The notes beneath the pieces are model-generated. The model ran no database searches. It was given only the letters and a program-made list of their open reading frames with translations, and was not told the origin of the DNA. Below, piece after piece: positions 13,801 to 29,160 of a DNA stretch of 64,000 nucleotides (positions are counted from its first letter, which is position 1; every line of letters begins with the position of its first letter). The translations under genes and the position numbers were made by a program. The stretch is from Neoechinorhynchus agilis (taxonomy: Eukaryota > Animalia > Acanthocephala), in contig CM121341.1 in the NCBI GenBank assembly GCA_051530055.1, forward strand, positions 6,178,784 through 6,242,783, written 5' to 3'.

Positions 13801-16800
13801 TAACTTGACGACGCGCTAGAAGGAAACGGGAAGAATCCATATGTGAACCTGTACATTGTAATGCTTTTACCGAAATGAACTTCTTTTAGCGAGTGGTGGA
13901 TTGCGTACTGACGTTTTATATTTTCTTCAAAGAAATTCTTAAAATTGTTATAGTTGGCATGATGTCGTCATGCCATCGATCGCGATATAAACAGTAGCAA
14001 CCGCATGCGCGAAAATGTGTAGGTAGGTGTGTTCGGTTTTTTGTAGAATATAGAACATATCTACTAGCGGCTCGGTCACAAAAATGAACTTGACGACGCG
14101 CTAGAGAGAAGGAAGAATCCATATGCGAAACCTGTACATTGTAATGCTTTACCCGAAATGAACTTCTTTCGGCGAGTGATCGATTGCGTACTGATAGAAT
14201 ATATTTTCTTCAAAAATTCTATAATCCTTAAAATTGTTTTAGTCGGCATGATGTCGTCATGCCATCGATCGGGATATAAACAGTAGTAACCGCATGCGTG
14301 TAAATGTGTAGGTGGGTGTGTTCGGTTTTGTGTAGAATATAGAACATGTCTACTAGCGGCTCGGTCACAAAAATGAACTTGACGACGCGCTAGAGAGCAT
14401 GAAGAATCCATATGCGGAACCTGTACATTGTATTACTTTACCCGAAATGAACTTCTTTCAGCGAGTGATCGATTGCGTAGTGACGTTTTATATTTTCTTG
14501 AAAGAAATTCTTAAAATTGTTATAGTGGGCATGATGTCGTCATGCCATCGATCGGGATATAAACAGTAGTAACCGCATGCGTGTAAATGTGTAGGTGGGT
14601 GTGTTCGGTTTTTTGTAGAATATAGAACATATCTACTAGCGGCTCGGTCACAAAAATGAACTTGACGACGCGCTAGAGAGAAGGAAGAATCCATATGCGA
14701 AACCTGTACATTGTAATGCTTTACCCGAAATGAACTTCTTTCAGCGAGTGATCGATTGCGTACTGACGTTTTATATTTTCTTCAAAGAAATTCTTAAAAT
14801 TGTTTTAGTGGGCATGATGTCGTCATGCAATCGATCGGGATATAAACAGTAGTAACCGCATGCGTGTAAATGTGTAGGTGGGTTTGTTCGGTTTTGTGTA
14901 GAATATAGAACATGTCTACTAGCGGCTCGGTCACAAAAATGGACTTGACGACGCGCTAGAGAGCATGAAGAATCCATATGCGGAACCTGTACATTGTAAT
15001 GCTTTACCCGAAATGAACTTCTTTCAGCGAGTGATCGATTGCGTAGTGACGTTTTATATTTTATTCAAAGAAATTCTTAAAATTGTTATAGTGTGCATGA
15101 TGTCGTCATGCCTTCGATCGGGATATAAACAGTAGTAACCGCATGCGTGTCAATGTGTAGGTGGGTGTGTTCGGTTTTGTGTAGAATATAGAACATGTCT
15201 ACAAGCGGCTCGGTCACAAAAATGAACTTGACGACGCGCTAGAGAGCAGGAAGAATCCATATGCGGAACCTGTACATTGTAATGCTTTACCAGAAATGTA
15301 TATCTTTCAGCGAGTGATCGATTTCGTACTGACGTTTTATATTTTCTTCAAAGAAATTCTTAAAATTGTTATAGTGGGCATGATGTCGTCATGCCATCGA
15401 TCGGGATATAAACAGTAGTAACCGCATGCGTGTAAATGTATAGGTGGGTGTGTTCGGTTTTGTTTAGAATATAGAACATATCTACTAGCAGCTCAGTCAC
15501 AAAAATGAACTTGACGATGCGCTAGAGATCAGGAAGAATCCATATGCGGAACCTGTACATTGTAATGCTTTACCCGAAATGAACTTCTTTCAACGAGTGA
15601 TCGATTTCGTACTGACGTTTTATATTTTCTTCAAGGAAATTCTTGAAATTGTTATAGTGGGCATGATGTCGTCATGCCTTCGATCGGGATATAAACAGTA
15701 GTAACCGCATACGTGTAAATGTGTAGGTGGGTGTGTTCGGTTTTGTGTAGAATATAGAACATGTCTACTAGCGGCTCGGTCACAAAAATGAACTTGACGA
15801 CGCGCTAGAGAGCAGGAAGAATCCATATGCGGAACCTGTACATTGTAATGCTTTACCCGAAATGAACTTCTTTCAGCGAGTGATCGATTGCGTAGTGACG
15901 TTTTATATTTTCTTCAAAGAAATTCTTAAAATTGTTATAGTGGGCATGATGTCGTCATACCGTCAGTCAGGATATAAACAGTAGTAACCGCATGCGAGAA
16001 AATGTGTAGGTAGGTGTGTTCGGTTTTTTGTAGAATATAGAACATATCTACTAGCGGCTCAGTCACAAAAATGAACTTGACGACGCGCTAGAGAGAAGGA
16101 AGAATCCATATGCGAAACCTGTACATTGTAATGCTTTACCCGAAATGAACTTCTTTCAGCGAGTGATCGATTGCGTACTGACGTTTTATATTTTCTTCAA
16201 ATTCTTAAAATTGTTTTAGTGGGCATGATGTCGTCAAGTCGTGGACCGGGATATAAACAGTAGTAACCGCATGCGTGTAAATGTGTAGGTGGGTGTGTTC
16301 AGTTTTGTGTAGAATATAGAACATGTCCACTAGCGACTCGGTCACAAAAATGAACTTGACGACGCGCTAGAGAGCAGGAAGAATCCATATGCGAAACCTG
16401 TACATTGTAATGCTTTACCAGAAATGAACTACTTTCTGCGAGTGATCGATTGCGTACTTACGTTTTTTATTTTCTTCAAAGAAATTCTTAAAATTGTTAT
16501 AGTGGGCATGATGTCGTCATGCAATCGATCGGGATATAAACAGTAGTAACCGCATGCGTGTAAATGTGTAGGTGGGTGTGTCCGGTTTTGTGTAGAATAT
16601 AGAACATGTCCATTAGCGACTCGGTCACAAAAATGAACTTGACGACGCGCTAGAGAGCAGGAAGTATCCATATGCGAAACCTGTACATTGTAATGCTTTT
16701 CCCGAAATGAACTTCTTTTAGCGAGTTATCGATTGCGTACTTACGTTTTATATTCTCTTCAAAGAAATTTTTAAAATTGTTTTAGTGGGCATGATGTCGT

Positions 16801-19800
16801 CATGTCATCGACCGGGATATAAACAGTAGTAACCGCATGCGTGTAAATGTGTAGGTGGGTGTGTTCGGTATTGTGTAGAATATAGAACATGTCCACTAGC
16901 GACTCAGTCACAAAAATGAACTTGACGACGCGATAGAGCAGGACAAATCCATATGCCGAAACCTGTACATTGTAATGCTTTACCGAAATGAACTTCTTTT
17001 GTGAGTGATCGATTGCGTACTGACGTTTTATATTTTCTTCAAAGAAATTCTTAAAATTGTAATAGTGGGCATGATGTCGTCATGCCATCGACCGGGATAA
17101 AAACAGTAGTAACCGCATGCGTGTAAATGTGTAGGTGGGTGTGTTCGGTATTGTGTAGAATATAGAACATGTCCACTAGCGACTCGGTCACAAAAATGAA
17201 CTTGACGGCGCGATAGAGAGCAGGACAAATCCATATGCGAAACCTGTACATTGTAATGCTTTACCCGAAATGAACTTCTTTTAGCGAGTGATCGATTGCG
17301 TACTGACGTTTTATATTTTCTTCAAAGAAATTCTTAAAATTGTCATAGTGGGCATGATGTCGTCACGCCATCGACCGGGATATAAACAGTAGTAACCGCA
17401 TGCGTGTAAATGTGTAGGTGGGTGTGTTCGGTTTTGTGTAGAATATAGAACATGTCTACTAGCGGCTCGGTCACAAAAATGAACTTGACGACGCGCTAGA
17501 GAGCATTAAGAATCCATATGCGGAACCTGTACATTGTAATGCGTTACCCGAAATGAACTTCTTTCAGCGAGTGATCGATTGCGTAGTGACGTTTTATATT
17601 TTATTCAAAGAAATTCTTAAAATTGTTATAGTGTGCATGATGTCGTCATGCCTTCGATCGGGATATAAACAGTAGTAACCGCATGCGTGTAAATGTGTAG
17701 GTGGGTGTGTTCGGTTTTTTGTAGAATATAGAACATATCTACAAGCGGCTCGGTCACAAAAATGAACTTGACGACGCGCTAGAGAGAAGGAAGAATCCAT
17801 ATGCGAAACCTGTACATTGTAATGCTTTACCCGAAATGAACTTCTTTTAGCGACTGATCGATTGCGTACTTACGTTCTATATTTTCTTCAAAGAAATTCT
17901 TAAAATTGTTATAGTGTGCATGATGTCGTTATGCCTTCGATCGGGATATAAACAGTAGTAACCGCATGCGTGTAAATGTGTAGGTGGGTGTGTTCGGTTT
18001 TGTGTAGAATATAGAACATGTCCACTAGCGACTCGGTCACAAAAATGAACTTGACGACGCGATAGAGAGCAGGACAAATCCATATGCGAAACCTGTACAT
18101 TGATGCTTTTTACGAAATGAACTTCTTTCAGCGAGTGATCGATTGCGTACTGACGTTTTTATTTTCTTCAAAGAAATTCTTAAAATTGTTATAGTGGGCA
18201 TGATGTCGTCATGCAATCGATCAGGATATAAACAGAAGTAACCGCATGCGTGTAAATGTGTAGGTGGGTGTGTTCGGTTTTGTGTAGAATATAGAACATG
18301 TCTACTAGCGGCTCGGTCACAAAAATGGACTTGACGATGCGCTAGAGAGCATGAAGAATCCATATGCGGAACCTGTACATTGTAATGCTATACCCGAAAT
18401 GAACTTCTTTCAGCGAGTGATCGATTGCGTAGTGACGTTTTATATTTTATTCAAAGAAATTCTTAAAATTGTTATAGTGTGCATGATGTCGTCATGCCTT
18501 CGATCAGGATATAAACAGTAGTAGCCGCATGCGTGTGAATGTGTAGGTGGGTGTGTTCGGTTTTGTGTAGAATATAGAACGTGTCTACTAGCGGCTCGGT
18601 CACAAAAATGAACTTGACGACGCGCTAGAGAGCAGGAAGAATCCATATGCGGAACCTGTACATTGTAATGCTTTACCCGAAATGAACTTCTTTCAGCGAG
18701 TGATCGATTTCGTACTGACGTTTTATATTTTCTTCAAAGAAATTCTTAAAATTGTTATAGGTAACATGATGTCGTCATGCCATCGATCGGGATATAAACA
18801 GTAGTAACCGCATGCGTGTAAATGTGTAGGTGGGTGTGTTCGGTTTTGTTTAGAATATAGAACATGTCTACTAGCGGCTCGGTCACAAAAATGAACTTGA
18901 CGATGCGCTAGAGAGCAGGAAGAATCCATATGCGGAACCTGTACATTGTAATGCTTTACCCGAAATGAACTTCTTTCAACGAGTGATCGATTTCGTACTG
19001 ACGTTTTATATTTTCTTCAAGGAAATTCTTAAAATTGTTATAGTGGGCATGATGTCGTCATGCCTTCGATCGGGATATAAACAGTAGTAACCGCATGCGT
19101 GTAAATGTGTAGGTGGGTGTGTTCGGTTTTGTGTAGAATATAGAACATGTCTACTAGCGGCTCGGTCACAAAAATGAACTTGACGACGCGCTAGAGAGCA
19201 TGAAGAATCCATATGCGGAACCTGTACATTGTAATGCTTTACCCGAAATGAACTTCTTTCAGCGAGTGATCGATTTCGTACTGACGTTTTATATTTTCTT
19301 CAAAGAAATTCTTAAAATTGTTATAGTGGGCATTATGTCGTCATGCCATCGATCGGGATATAAACAGTAGTAACCGCATGCGCGAAAATGTGTAGGTGGG
19401 TGTGTTCGGTTTTGTGTAGAGTATAGAACATGTCTACTAGCGGCTCGATCACAAAAATTAACTTGACGACGCGCTAGAGAGAAGGAAGAATCCATATGCG
19501 AAACCTGTACATTGTAATGCTTTACCCGAAATGAACTTCTTTCAGCGAGTGATCGATTGCGTACTGACGTTTTATATTTTCTTCAAAGAAATTCTTAAAA
19601 TTGTTTTAGTGGGCATGATGTCGTCAAGTCGTCGACCGGGATATAAACAGTAGTAACCGCATGCGTGTAAATGTGTAGGTGGGCGTGTTCGGTTTTGTGT
19701 AGAATATAGAACATGTCTACTAGCGGCTCGGTCCCAAAAAATAACTTGACGACGCGCTAGAGAGCAGGAAGAATCCATATGTGAACCTGTACATTGTAAT

Positions 19801-22800
19801 GCTTTAACCGAAATGAACTTCTTTTAGCGAGTGGTGGATTGCGGACATTTTATATTTTCTTCAAAGAAATTCTTAAAATTGTTATAGTTGGCATGATGTC
19901 GTCATGCCATCGATCAGGATATAAACAGTAGTAACCGCATGCGCGAAAATGTGTGTAGGTGGGTGTGTTCGGTTTTTTTGTAGAATATGGGCTGTATTTA
20001 CTAGCGGCTCGGTCACAAAAATGAACTTGACGACGCGCTAGAGAGAAGGAAGAATCCATATGCGAAACCTGTACATTGTAATGCTTTACCCGAAATGAAC
20101 TTCTTTCAGCGAGTAATCGATTGCGTACTGACGTTTTATATTTTCTTCAAAGAAATTCTTAAAATTGTTTTAGTGGGCATGATGTCGTCATGTCATCGAC
20201 CGGGATATAAACAGTAGTTACCGCATGCGCGAAAATGTGTAGGTGGGTGTGTTCGGTTTTTTGTAGAATATAGAACATATCTACTAGCGGCTCGGTCACA
20301 AAAATGAACTTGACGACGCGCTAGAGAGAAGGAAGAATCAATATGCGAAACCTGTACATTGTAATGCTTTACCCGAAATGAACTTCTTTTAGCGAGTGAT
20401 CGATTGCGTACTGACGTTTTATATTTTCTTCAAAAAAATTCTTAAAATTGTTATAGTGGGCATGATGTCGTCATGCCATCGATCGGGATATAAACAGTAG
20501 TAATCGCAAGCGTGTAAATGTGTAGGTGGGTGTGTTCGGTATTGCGTGGAATATAGAACATGTCCGCTAGCGGATCGGTCACAAAAATGAACTTGACGAC
20601 GCGCTAGAGAGCAGGAAGAATCCATATGCGGAACCTGTACATTGTAATGCTTTACCAGAAATGAACTTCTTTCTGCGAGTGATCGATTGCGTACTGACGT
20701 TTTTTATTTTCTTCAAAGAAATTCTTAAAATTGTTATAGTGGGCATGATATCGTCATGCAATCGATCGGGATATAAACAGTAGTAACCGCATGCGTGTAA
20801 ATGTGTAGGTGGGTGTGTCCGGTTTTGTGTAGAATATAGAACATGTCCATTAGCGACTCGGTCACAAAAATGAACTTGACGACGCGCTAGAGAGCGGGAA
20901 GTATCCATATGCGAAACCTGTACATTGTAATGCTTTTCCCGAAATGAACTTCTTTTAGCGAGTGATCGATTGCGTACTTACGTTTTATATTTTCTTCAAA
21001 GAAATTTTTAAAATTGTTTTTTAGTGAAAGCAGTGTCGTCATGTCATCGACCGGGATATAAACAGTAGTAACCGCATGCGTGTAAATGTGTGAGTGGGTG
21101 TGTTCATTATTGTGTAGGGTATAAGTGCTGTCCACTAGCGACTCAGTCACAAAAATGAAAACTTGACGACGCGATGAGAGCAGGAAGAATCCATATGCGA
21201 AACCTGTACATTGTAATGCTTTACCCGAAATGAACTTCTTTTAGCAAGTGATCGATTGCGTACTGACGTTTTATATTTTCTTCAAAGAAATTCTTAAAAT
21301 TGTCATAGTGGGCATGATGTCGTCATGCCATCGATCGGGATATAAACAGTAGTAACCGCATGCGTGTAAATGTGTAGGTGGGTGTGTTCGGTATTGTGTA
21401 GAATATAGAACATGTCCACTAGCGACTCGATCACAAAAATGAACTTGACGGCGCGATAGAGAGCAGGACAAATCCATATGCGAAACCTGTACATTGTAAT
21501 GCTTTACCCGAAATGAACTTTTTTTAGCGAGTGATCGATTGCGTACTGACGTTTTATATTTTCTTCAAAGAAATTCTTAAAATTGTCATAGTGGGCATGA
21601 TGTCGTCATGCCATCGATCGGGATATAAACAGTAGTAACCGCATGCGTGTAAATGTGTAGGTGGGTATGTTCGGTTTTGTGTAGAATATAGAACATGTCT
21701 ACTAGCGACTCGGTCACAAAAATGAACTTGACGACGCGCTAGAGAGCAGGAAGAATCCATATGCGAAACCTGTACATTGTAATGCTTTACCCGAAATGAA
21801 CTTCTTTCAGCGAGTGATCGATTGCGTAGTGACGTTTTATATTTTATTCAAAGGAAATTCTTAAAATTGTTATAGTGTGCATGATGTCGTCATGCCTTCG
21901 ATCGGGATATAAACAGTAGTAACCGCATGCGTGTAAATGTGTAGGTGGGTGTGTTCGGTTTTTTGTAGAATATAGAACATATCTACTAGCGGCTCGGTCA
22001 CAAAAATGGACTTGACGACGCGCTAGAGAGAAGGAAGAATCCATATGCGAAACCTGTACATTGTAATGCTTTACCCGAAATGAACTTCTTTTAGCGACTG
22101 ATCGATTGCGTACTTACGTTCTATATTTTCTTCAAAGAAATTCTTAAAATTGTTATAGTGTGCATGATGTCGTCATGCCTTCGATCGGGATATAAACAGT
22201 AGTAACCGCATGCGTGTAAATGTGTAGGTGGGTGTGTTCGGTTTTGTGTAGAATATAGAACATGTCTACTAGCGATTCGGTCACAAAAATGAACTTGACG
22301 ACGCGCTAGAGAGCAGGAAGAATCGATATGCGAAACCTGTACATTGTAATGCTTTACCCGAAATGAACTTCTTTTAGCGAGTGATCGATTGCGTACTGAC
22401 GTTTTTTATTTTCTTCAAAGAAATTCTTAAAATTGTTATAGTGGGCATGATGTCGTCATGCAATCGATCGGGATATAAACAGAAGTAACCGCATGCGTGT
22501 AAATGTGTAGGTGGGTTTGTTCGGTTTTGTGTAGAATATAGAACATGTCTACTAGCGGCTCGGTCACAAAAATGGACTTGACGACGCGCTAGAGAGCATG
22601 AAGAATCCATATGCGGAACCTGTACATTGTAATGCTTTACCCGAAATGAACTTCTTTCAGCGGGTGATCGATTGCGTAGTGACGTTTTATATTTTCTTCA
22701 AAGAAATTCTTAAAATTGTTATAGTGGGCATGATGTCGTCATGCCATCGATCGGGATATAAACAGTAGTAACCGCATGCGTGTAAATGTGTAGGTGGGTG

Positions 22801-25800
22801 TGTTCGGTTTTGTGTAGAATATAGAACATGTCTACTAGCGGCTCGGTCACAAAAATGAACTTGACGACGCGCTAGAGAGCAGGAAGAATCCGTGTGCGAA
22901 ACCTGTACATTGTAATGCGAAGTATCCATATGCGAAACCTGTACATTGTAATGCTTTTCCCGAAATGAACTTCTTTTAGCGAGTGATCGATTGCGTACTT
23001 ACGTTTTATATTTTCTTCAAAGAAATTTTTAAAATTTTTTTAGTGGGCATGATGTCGTCATGTCATCGACCGGGATATAAACAGTAGTAACCGCATGCGT
23101 GTAAATGTGTAGGTGGGTGTGTTCGGTATTGTGTAGAATATAGAACATGTCCACTAGCGACTCGGTCACAAAAATGAACTTGACGACGCGATAGAGAGCA
23201 GGACAAATCCATATGCGAAACCTGTACATTGTAATGCTTTACCCGAAATGAACTTCTTTTAGCAAGTGATCGATTGCGTACTGACGTTTTATATTTTCTT
23301 CAAAGAAATTCTTAAAATTGTCATAGTGGGCATGATGTCGTCATGCCATCGATCGGGATATAAACAGTAGTAACCGCATGCGTGTAAATGTGTAGGTGGG
23401 TGTGTTCGGTTTTGTTTAGAATATAGAACATGTCTACTAGCGGCTCGGTCACAAAAATGAACTTGACGATGCGCTAGAGAGCAGGAAGAATCCATATGCG
23501 AAACCTGTACATTGTAATGCTTTACCCGAAATGAACTTCTTTTAGCGAGTTATCGATTGCGTACTGACGTTTTATATTTTCTTCAAAAAATTCTTAAAAT
23601 TGTTATAGTGGGCATGATGTCGTCATGCCATCGATCGGGATATAAACAGTAGTAACCGCATGCGTGTAAATGAGTAGGTGGGTGTGTTCGGTTTTGCGTA
23701 GAATATAGAACGTGTCCATTAGCGACTCGGTCACAAAAATGAACTTGATGACGCGCTAGAGAGCAGGAAGTATCCATATGCGGAACCTGTACATTGTAAT
23801 GCTTTACCCGAAATGAACTTCTTTCAGCGAGTGATCGATTTCGTACTGACGTTTTATATTTTCTTCAAGGAAATTCTTAAAATTGTTATAGTGGGCATGA
23901 TGTCGTCATGCCTTCGATCGGGATATAAACAGTAGTAACCGCATGCGTGTAAATGTGTAGGTGGGTGTGTTCGGTTTTGTGTAGAATATAGAACATGTCT
24001 TCTAGCGGCTCGGTCACAAAAATGAACTTGACGACGTGCTAGAGAGCATGAAGAATCCATATGCGGAACCTGTACATTGTAATGCTTTACCCGAAATGAA
24101 CTTCTTTCAGCGAGTGATCGATTGCGTAGTGACGTTTTATATTTTATTCAAAGAAATTCTTAAAATTGTTATAGTGTGCATGATGTCGTCATGCCTTCGA
24201 TCTTGATATAAACAGTAGTAACCGCATGCGTGTTAATGTGTAGGTGGGTGTGTTCGGTTTTGTGTAGAATATAGAACATGTCTACTAGCGGCTCGGTCAC
24301 AAAAATGAACTTGACGACGCGCTAGCGAGCAGGAAGAATCCGTGTGCGAAACCTGTACATTGTAATGCTTTACCCGAAATGAACTTCTTTTAGTTAGTTA
24401 TCGATTGCGTACTGACGTTTTATATTTTCTTCAAAGAAATTCTTAAAATTGTAATAGTGGGCATGATGTCGTCATGCCATCGATCGGGATATAAACAGTA
24501 GTAACCGCATGCGGGTAAATGTGTAGGTGGGTGTGTTCGGTTTTGTGTAGAATATAGAACATGTCTACTAGCGGCTCGGTCACAAAAAATAACTTGACGA
24601 CGCGCTAGAGAGCAGGAAGAATCCATATGCGAAACCTGTACATTGTAATGCTTTACCCGAAATGAACTTCTTTTAGCGAGTGATCGATTGCGTACTGACG
24701 TTTTATATTTTCTTCAAAGAAATTCTTAAAATTGTTATAGTTGGCATGATGTCGTCATGCCATCGATCGGGATATAAACAGTAGTAACCGCATGCGCGAA
24801 AATGTGTTGGTGGGTGTGTTCGGTTTTTTGTAGAATATAGAACATATCTACTAGCGGCTCGGTCACATAAATGAACTTGACGACGCGCTAGAGAGAAGGA
24901 AGAATCCATATGCGAAACCTGTACATTGTAATGCTTTACCCGAAATGAACTTCTTTCAGCGAGTGATCGATTGCGTACTGACGTTTTATATTTTCTTCAA
25001 AGAAATTCTTAAAATTGTTATAGTGGGCATGATGTCGTCATGCCATCGATCGGGATATAAACAGTAGTAACCGCATGCGCGAAAATGTGTAGGTGGGTGT
25101 GTTCGGTTTTTTGTAGAATATAGAGCATATCTACTAGCGGCTCGGTCACAAAAATGAACTTGACGACGCGCTAGAGAGAAGGATGAATCCATATGCGAAA
25201 CCTGTACATTGTAATGCTTTACCCGAAATGAACTTCTTTCAGCGAGTGATCGATTGCGTACTGACGTTTTATATTTTCTTCAAAGAAATTCTTAAAATTG
25301 TTTTAGTGGGCATGATGTCGTCAAGTCATCGACCGGGATATAAACAGTAGTAACCGCATGCGTGTAAATGTGTAGGTGGGTGTGTTCGGTTTTGTATAGA
25401 ATATAGAACATGTCCACTAGCGACTCGGTCACAAAAATGAAGTTGACGACGCGCTAGAGAGCAGGAAGAATCCATATGCGAAACCTGTACATTGTAATGC
25501 TTTACCAGAGATGAACTTCTTTCTGCGAGTGATCGATTGCGTACTGACGTTTTTTATTTTCTTCAAAGAAATTCTTAAAATTGTTATAGTGGGCATGATG
25601 TCGTCATGCAATCGATCGGGATATAAACAGTAGTAACCGCATGCGCGTAAATGTGTAGGTGGGTGTGTTCGGTTTTTTGTAGAATATAGAACATATCTAC
25701 TAGCGGCTCGGTCACAAAAATGAACTTGACGTAGGTGGGTGTCGGTAGAATATAAAATTCTACTAGCGGCTCGGTCACAAAAAAACTTGACGACGCGCTA

Positions 25801-28800
25801 GAGAGCAGGAAGAATCCATATGCGAAACCTGTACATTGTAATGCTTTACCCGAAATGAACTTCTTTTAGCGAGTGATCGATTGCGTACTGACGTTTTATA
25901 TTTTCTTCAAAGAAATTCTTAAAATTGTTATAGTGGCATGATGTCGTCATGCCATCGATCGGGATATAAACAGTAGTAACCGCATGCGCGAAAATGTGTG
26001 GTGGGTGTGTTCGGTTTTTTGTAGAATATAGAACATATCTACTAGCGGCTCGGTCACAAAAATGAACTTGACGACGCGCTAGAGAGAGGAAGAATCCATA
26101 TGCGAAACCTGTACATTGTAATGCTTTACCCGAAATGAACTTCTTTAGCGAGTATCGATTGCGTACTGACGTTTTATATTTTCTTCAAAAATTCTTAAAA
26201 TTGTTAGTGGGCATGATCGTCATCATCGACGGGATATAAACAGTAGTAACCGCATGCGGAAAGGTAGGTTTTTTTAGTATAGACATTCACTAGCGCCTCA
26301 CAAAAATAACTTGAGACGCCTAGAGAGAGGAGAATCCATAGCAACCTGTACATTGTAACACCCACCAAAAAATTCTTAAAATTGTTAGTGGCATGATTTG
26401 CATCCATTAAACAGACCATAATGGGTGGGTGTTCGGTTGTTAGAATAAGAACATGTCACTAGCGACTCGTCACAAAAATGAATTGAGACGCGCTAGAGAG
26501 CAGGAAGAATCCATATGCGAAACCTGTACATTGTAATGCTTTACCAGAGATGAACTTCTTTCTGCGAGTGATCGATTGCGTACTGACGTTTTTTATTTTC
26601 TTCAAAGAAATTCTTAAAATTGTTATAGTGGGCATGATGTCGTCATGCAATCGATCGGGATATAAACAGTAGTAACCGCATGCGCGAAAATGTGTAGGTG
26701 GGTGTGTTCGGTTTTTTGTAGAATATAGAACATATCTACTAGCGGCTCGGTCACAAAAATGAACTTGACGACGCGCTAGAGAGCAGGAAGAATCCATATG
26801 CGAAACCTGTACATTGTAATGCTTTACCACAAAACACCCACAAAAAAACCACCCAAAAAAACCACAAAACCACAAACCACGAAATGAACTTCTTTTAGCG
26901 AGTTATCGATTGCGTACTGACGTTTTATATTTTCTTCAAAGAAATTCTTAAAATTGTTATAGTGGGCATGATGTCGTCATGCCATCGACCGGGATATAAA
27001 CAGTAGTTACCGCATGCGTGTAAATGTGTAGGTGGGTGTGTTCGGTTTTGTGTAGAATATAGAACATGTCCACTAGCGACTCGGTCACAAAAATGAACTT
27101 GACGACGCGCTAGAGAGCAGGAAGAATCCATATGCGAAACCTGTACATTGTAATGCTTTACCCGAAATGATCTTCTTTCTGCGAGTGATCGATTGCGTCC
27201 TGACGTTTTTTATTTTCTTCAAAGAAATTTTTAAAATTGTTTTAGTTGGCATGATGTCGTCATGTCATCGACCGGGATATAAACAGTAGTAACCGCATGC
27301 GTGTAAATGTGTAGGTGGGTGTGTTCGGTATTGTGTAGAATTTAGAACATGTCCACTGGCGACTCGGTCACAAAAATGAACTTGACGACGCGATAGAGAG
27401 CAGGACAAATCCATATGCGAAACCTGTACATTGTAACGCTTTACCCGAAATGAACTTCTTTTAGCGAGTGATCGATTGCGTACTGACGTTTTATATTTTC
27501 TTCAAAGAAATTCTTAAAATTGTTATAGTGGGCATGATGTCGTCATGCCATCGATCGGGATATAAACAGTAGTAACCGCATGCGTGTAAATGTGTAGGTG
27601 GGGGTGTTCGGTTTTGCGTAAAATATAGAACATGCCCACTAGCGACTCGGTCACAAAAATGAACTTGACGACGCGCTAGAGAGCATGAATAATCCATATG
27701 CGGAACCTGTACATTGTAATGCTTTACCCGAAATGAACTTCTTTCAGCGAGTGATCGATTTCGTACTGACGTTTTATATTTTCTTCAAAGAAATTCTTAA
27801 AATTGTTATAGTGGGCATGATGTCGTCATGCCATCGATCGGGATATAAACAGTAGTAACCGCATGCGTGTAAATGTGTAGGTGGGTGTGTTCGGTTTTGT
27901 GTAGAATATAGAACATGTCCACTAGCGACTCGGTCACAAAAATGAACCTGACGACGCGCTAGAGGGCAGGAAGAATCCATATGCGAAACCTGTACATTGT
28001 AATGCTTTACCCGAAATGAACTTCTTTCAGCGAGTGATCGATTGCGTAGTGACGTTTTTATTTTCTTCAAAGAAATTCTTAAAATTGTTATAGTGGGCAT
28101 GATGTCGTCATGCAATCGATTGGGATATAAACAGTAGTAACCGCATGCGTGTAAATGTGTAGGTGGGTGTGTCCGGTTTTGTGTAGAATATAGAACATGT
28201 CCACTAGCGACTCGGTCACAAAAATGAACTTGACGACGCGCTAGAGAGCAGGAAGTATCCATATGCGAAACCTGTACATTGTAATGCTTTTCCCGAAATG
28301 AACTTCTTTTAGCGAGTGATCGATTGCGTACTTACGTTTTATATTTTCTTCAAAGAAATTTTTAAAATTGTTTTAGTGGGCATGATGTCGTCATGTCATC
28401 GACCGGGATATAAACAGTAGTAACCGCATGCGTGTAAATGTGTAGGTGGGTGTGTTCGGTATTGTGTAGAATATAGAACATGTCCACCAGCGACTCGGTC
28501 ACAAAAATTAACTTGACGACGCGATAGAGAGCAGGACAAATCCATATGCGAAACCTGTACATTGTAATGCTTTACCCGAAATGAACTTCTTTTAGCGAGT
28601 GATCGATTGCGTACTGACGTTTTATATTTTCTTCAAAGAAATTCTTAAAATTGTCATAGTGGGCATGATGTCCTCATGCCATCGACCGGGATATAAACAG
28701 TAGTAACCGCATGCGTGTAAATGTGTAGGTGGGTGTGTTCGGTTTTTTGTAGAATATAGAACATGTCCACTAGCGACTCGGTCACAAAAAGTAACTTTAC

Positions 28801-29160
28801 AACTCGCTAGAGAGCAGGAAGAATCAATATGCGGAACCTGTACATTGTAATGCTTTACCCGAAATGAACTTCTTTCAGCGAGTGATCGATTTCGTACTGA
28901 CGTTTTATATTTCCTTCAAAGAAATTCTTAAAATTGTTATAGTGGGCATGATGTCGTCATGCCATCGATCGGGATATAAACAGTAGAAACCGCATGCGTG
29001 TAAATGTGTAGGTGGGTGTGTTCGGTTTTGTGTAGAATATAAAACATGTCTACTAGCGACTCGGTCACAAAAATGAATTTTACGACGCGCTAGAGAGCAG
29101 GAAGAATCCATATGCGGAACCGGTTCATTGTAATGCTACACTCAAAATGAACTTTTTTCA
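7826..29160. repeat. 283-bp tandem satellite, about 75 copies, with variant classes forming irregular higher-order structure
   Basis: Recurring 68-aa minus-strand ORFs spaced 283 bp apart (e.g. 8105, 8388, 8671, 8954); unit read directly from the sequence. Confidence 0.99.
8135..8269. mobile_element. Solo-LTR-like 135-bp insert inside each 283-bp unit (representative copy)
   Basis: Begins TGTTATAG, ends CGGTCACA, flanked by AAAAT (8130-8134) and AAAAT (8270-8274); contains GATATAAAC; absent from the edge monomers at 29.2-30.0 kb, which show the empty site. Confidence 0.55.

Noticed and set aside
25700-26900. Strongly degraded monomers and an A/C-only insert (about 26826-26880) as a novel sub-element
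   Set aside because: Dense 1-2-bp deletions and low-complexity A/C runs amid otherwise homogeneous units look like low-coverage long-read consensus error; similar noisy patches occur near 19950-19990 and 21010-21190. Raw reads would be needed to rescue it.
8105-29111. Repeated 68-aa ORF (MDSSCSLARRQ...) as a tandem gene family
   Set aside because: Copy differences are freely non-synonymous, several copies are disrupted, and no domain is recognisable; ORF persistence is explained by satellite homogenisation.
1-29160. CRISPR array or viral homologous-repeat region
   Set aside because: No unique spacers, no cas or viral core genes, and the flanks are spliceosomal-intron genes.
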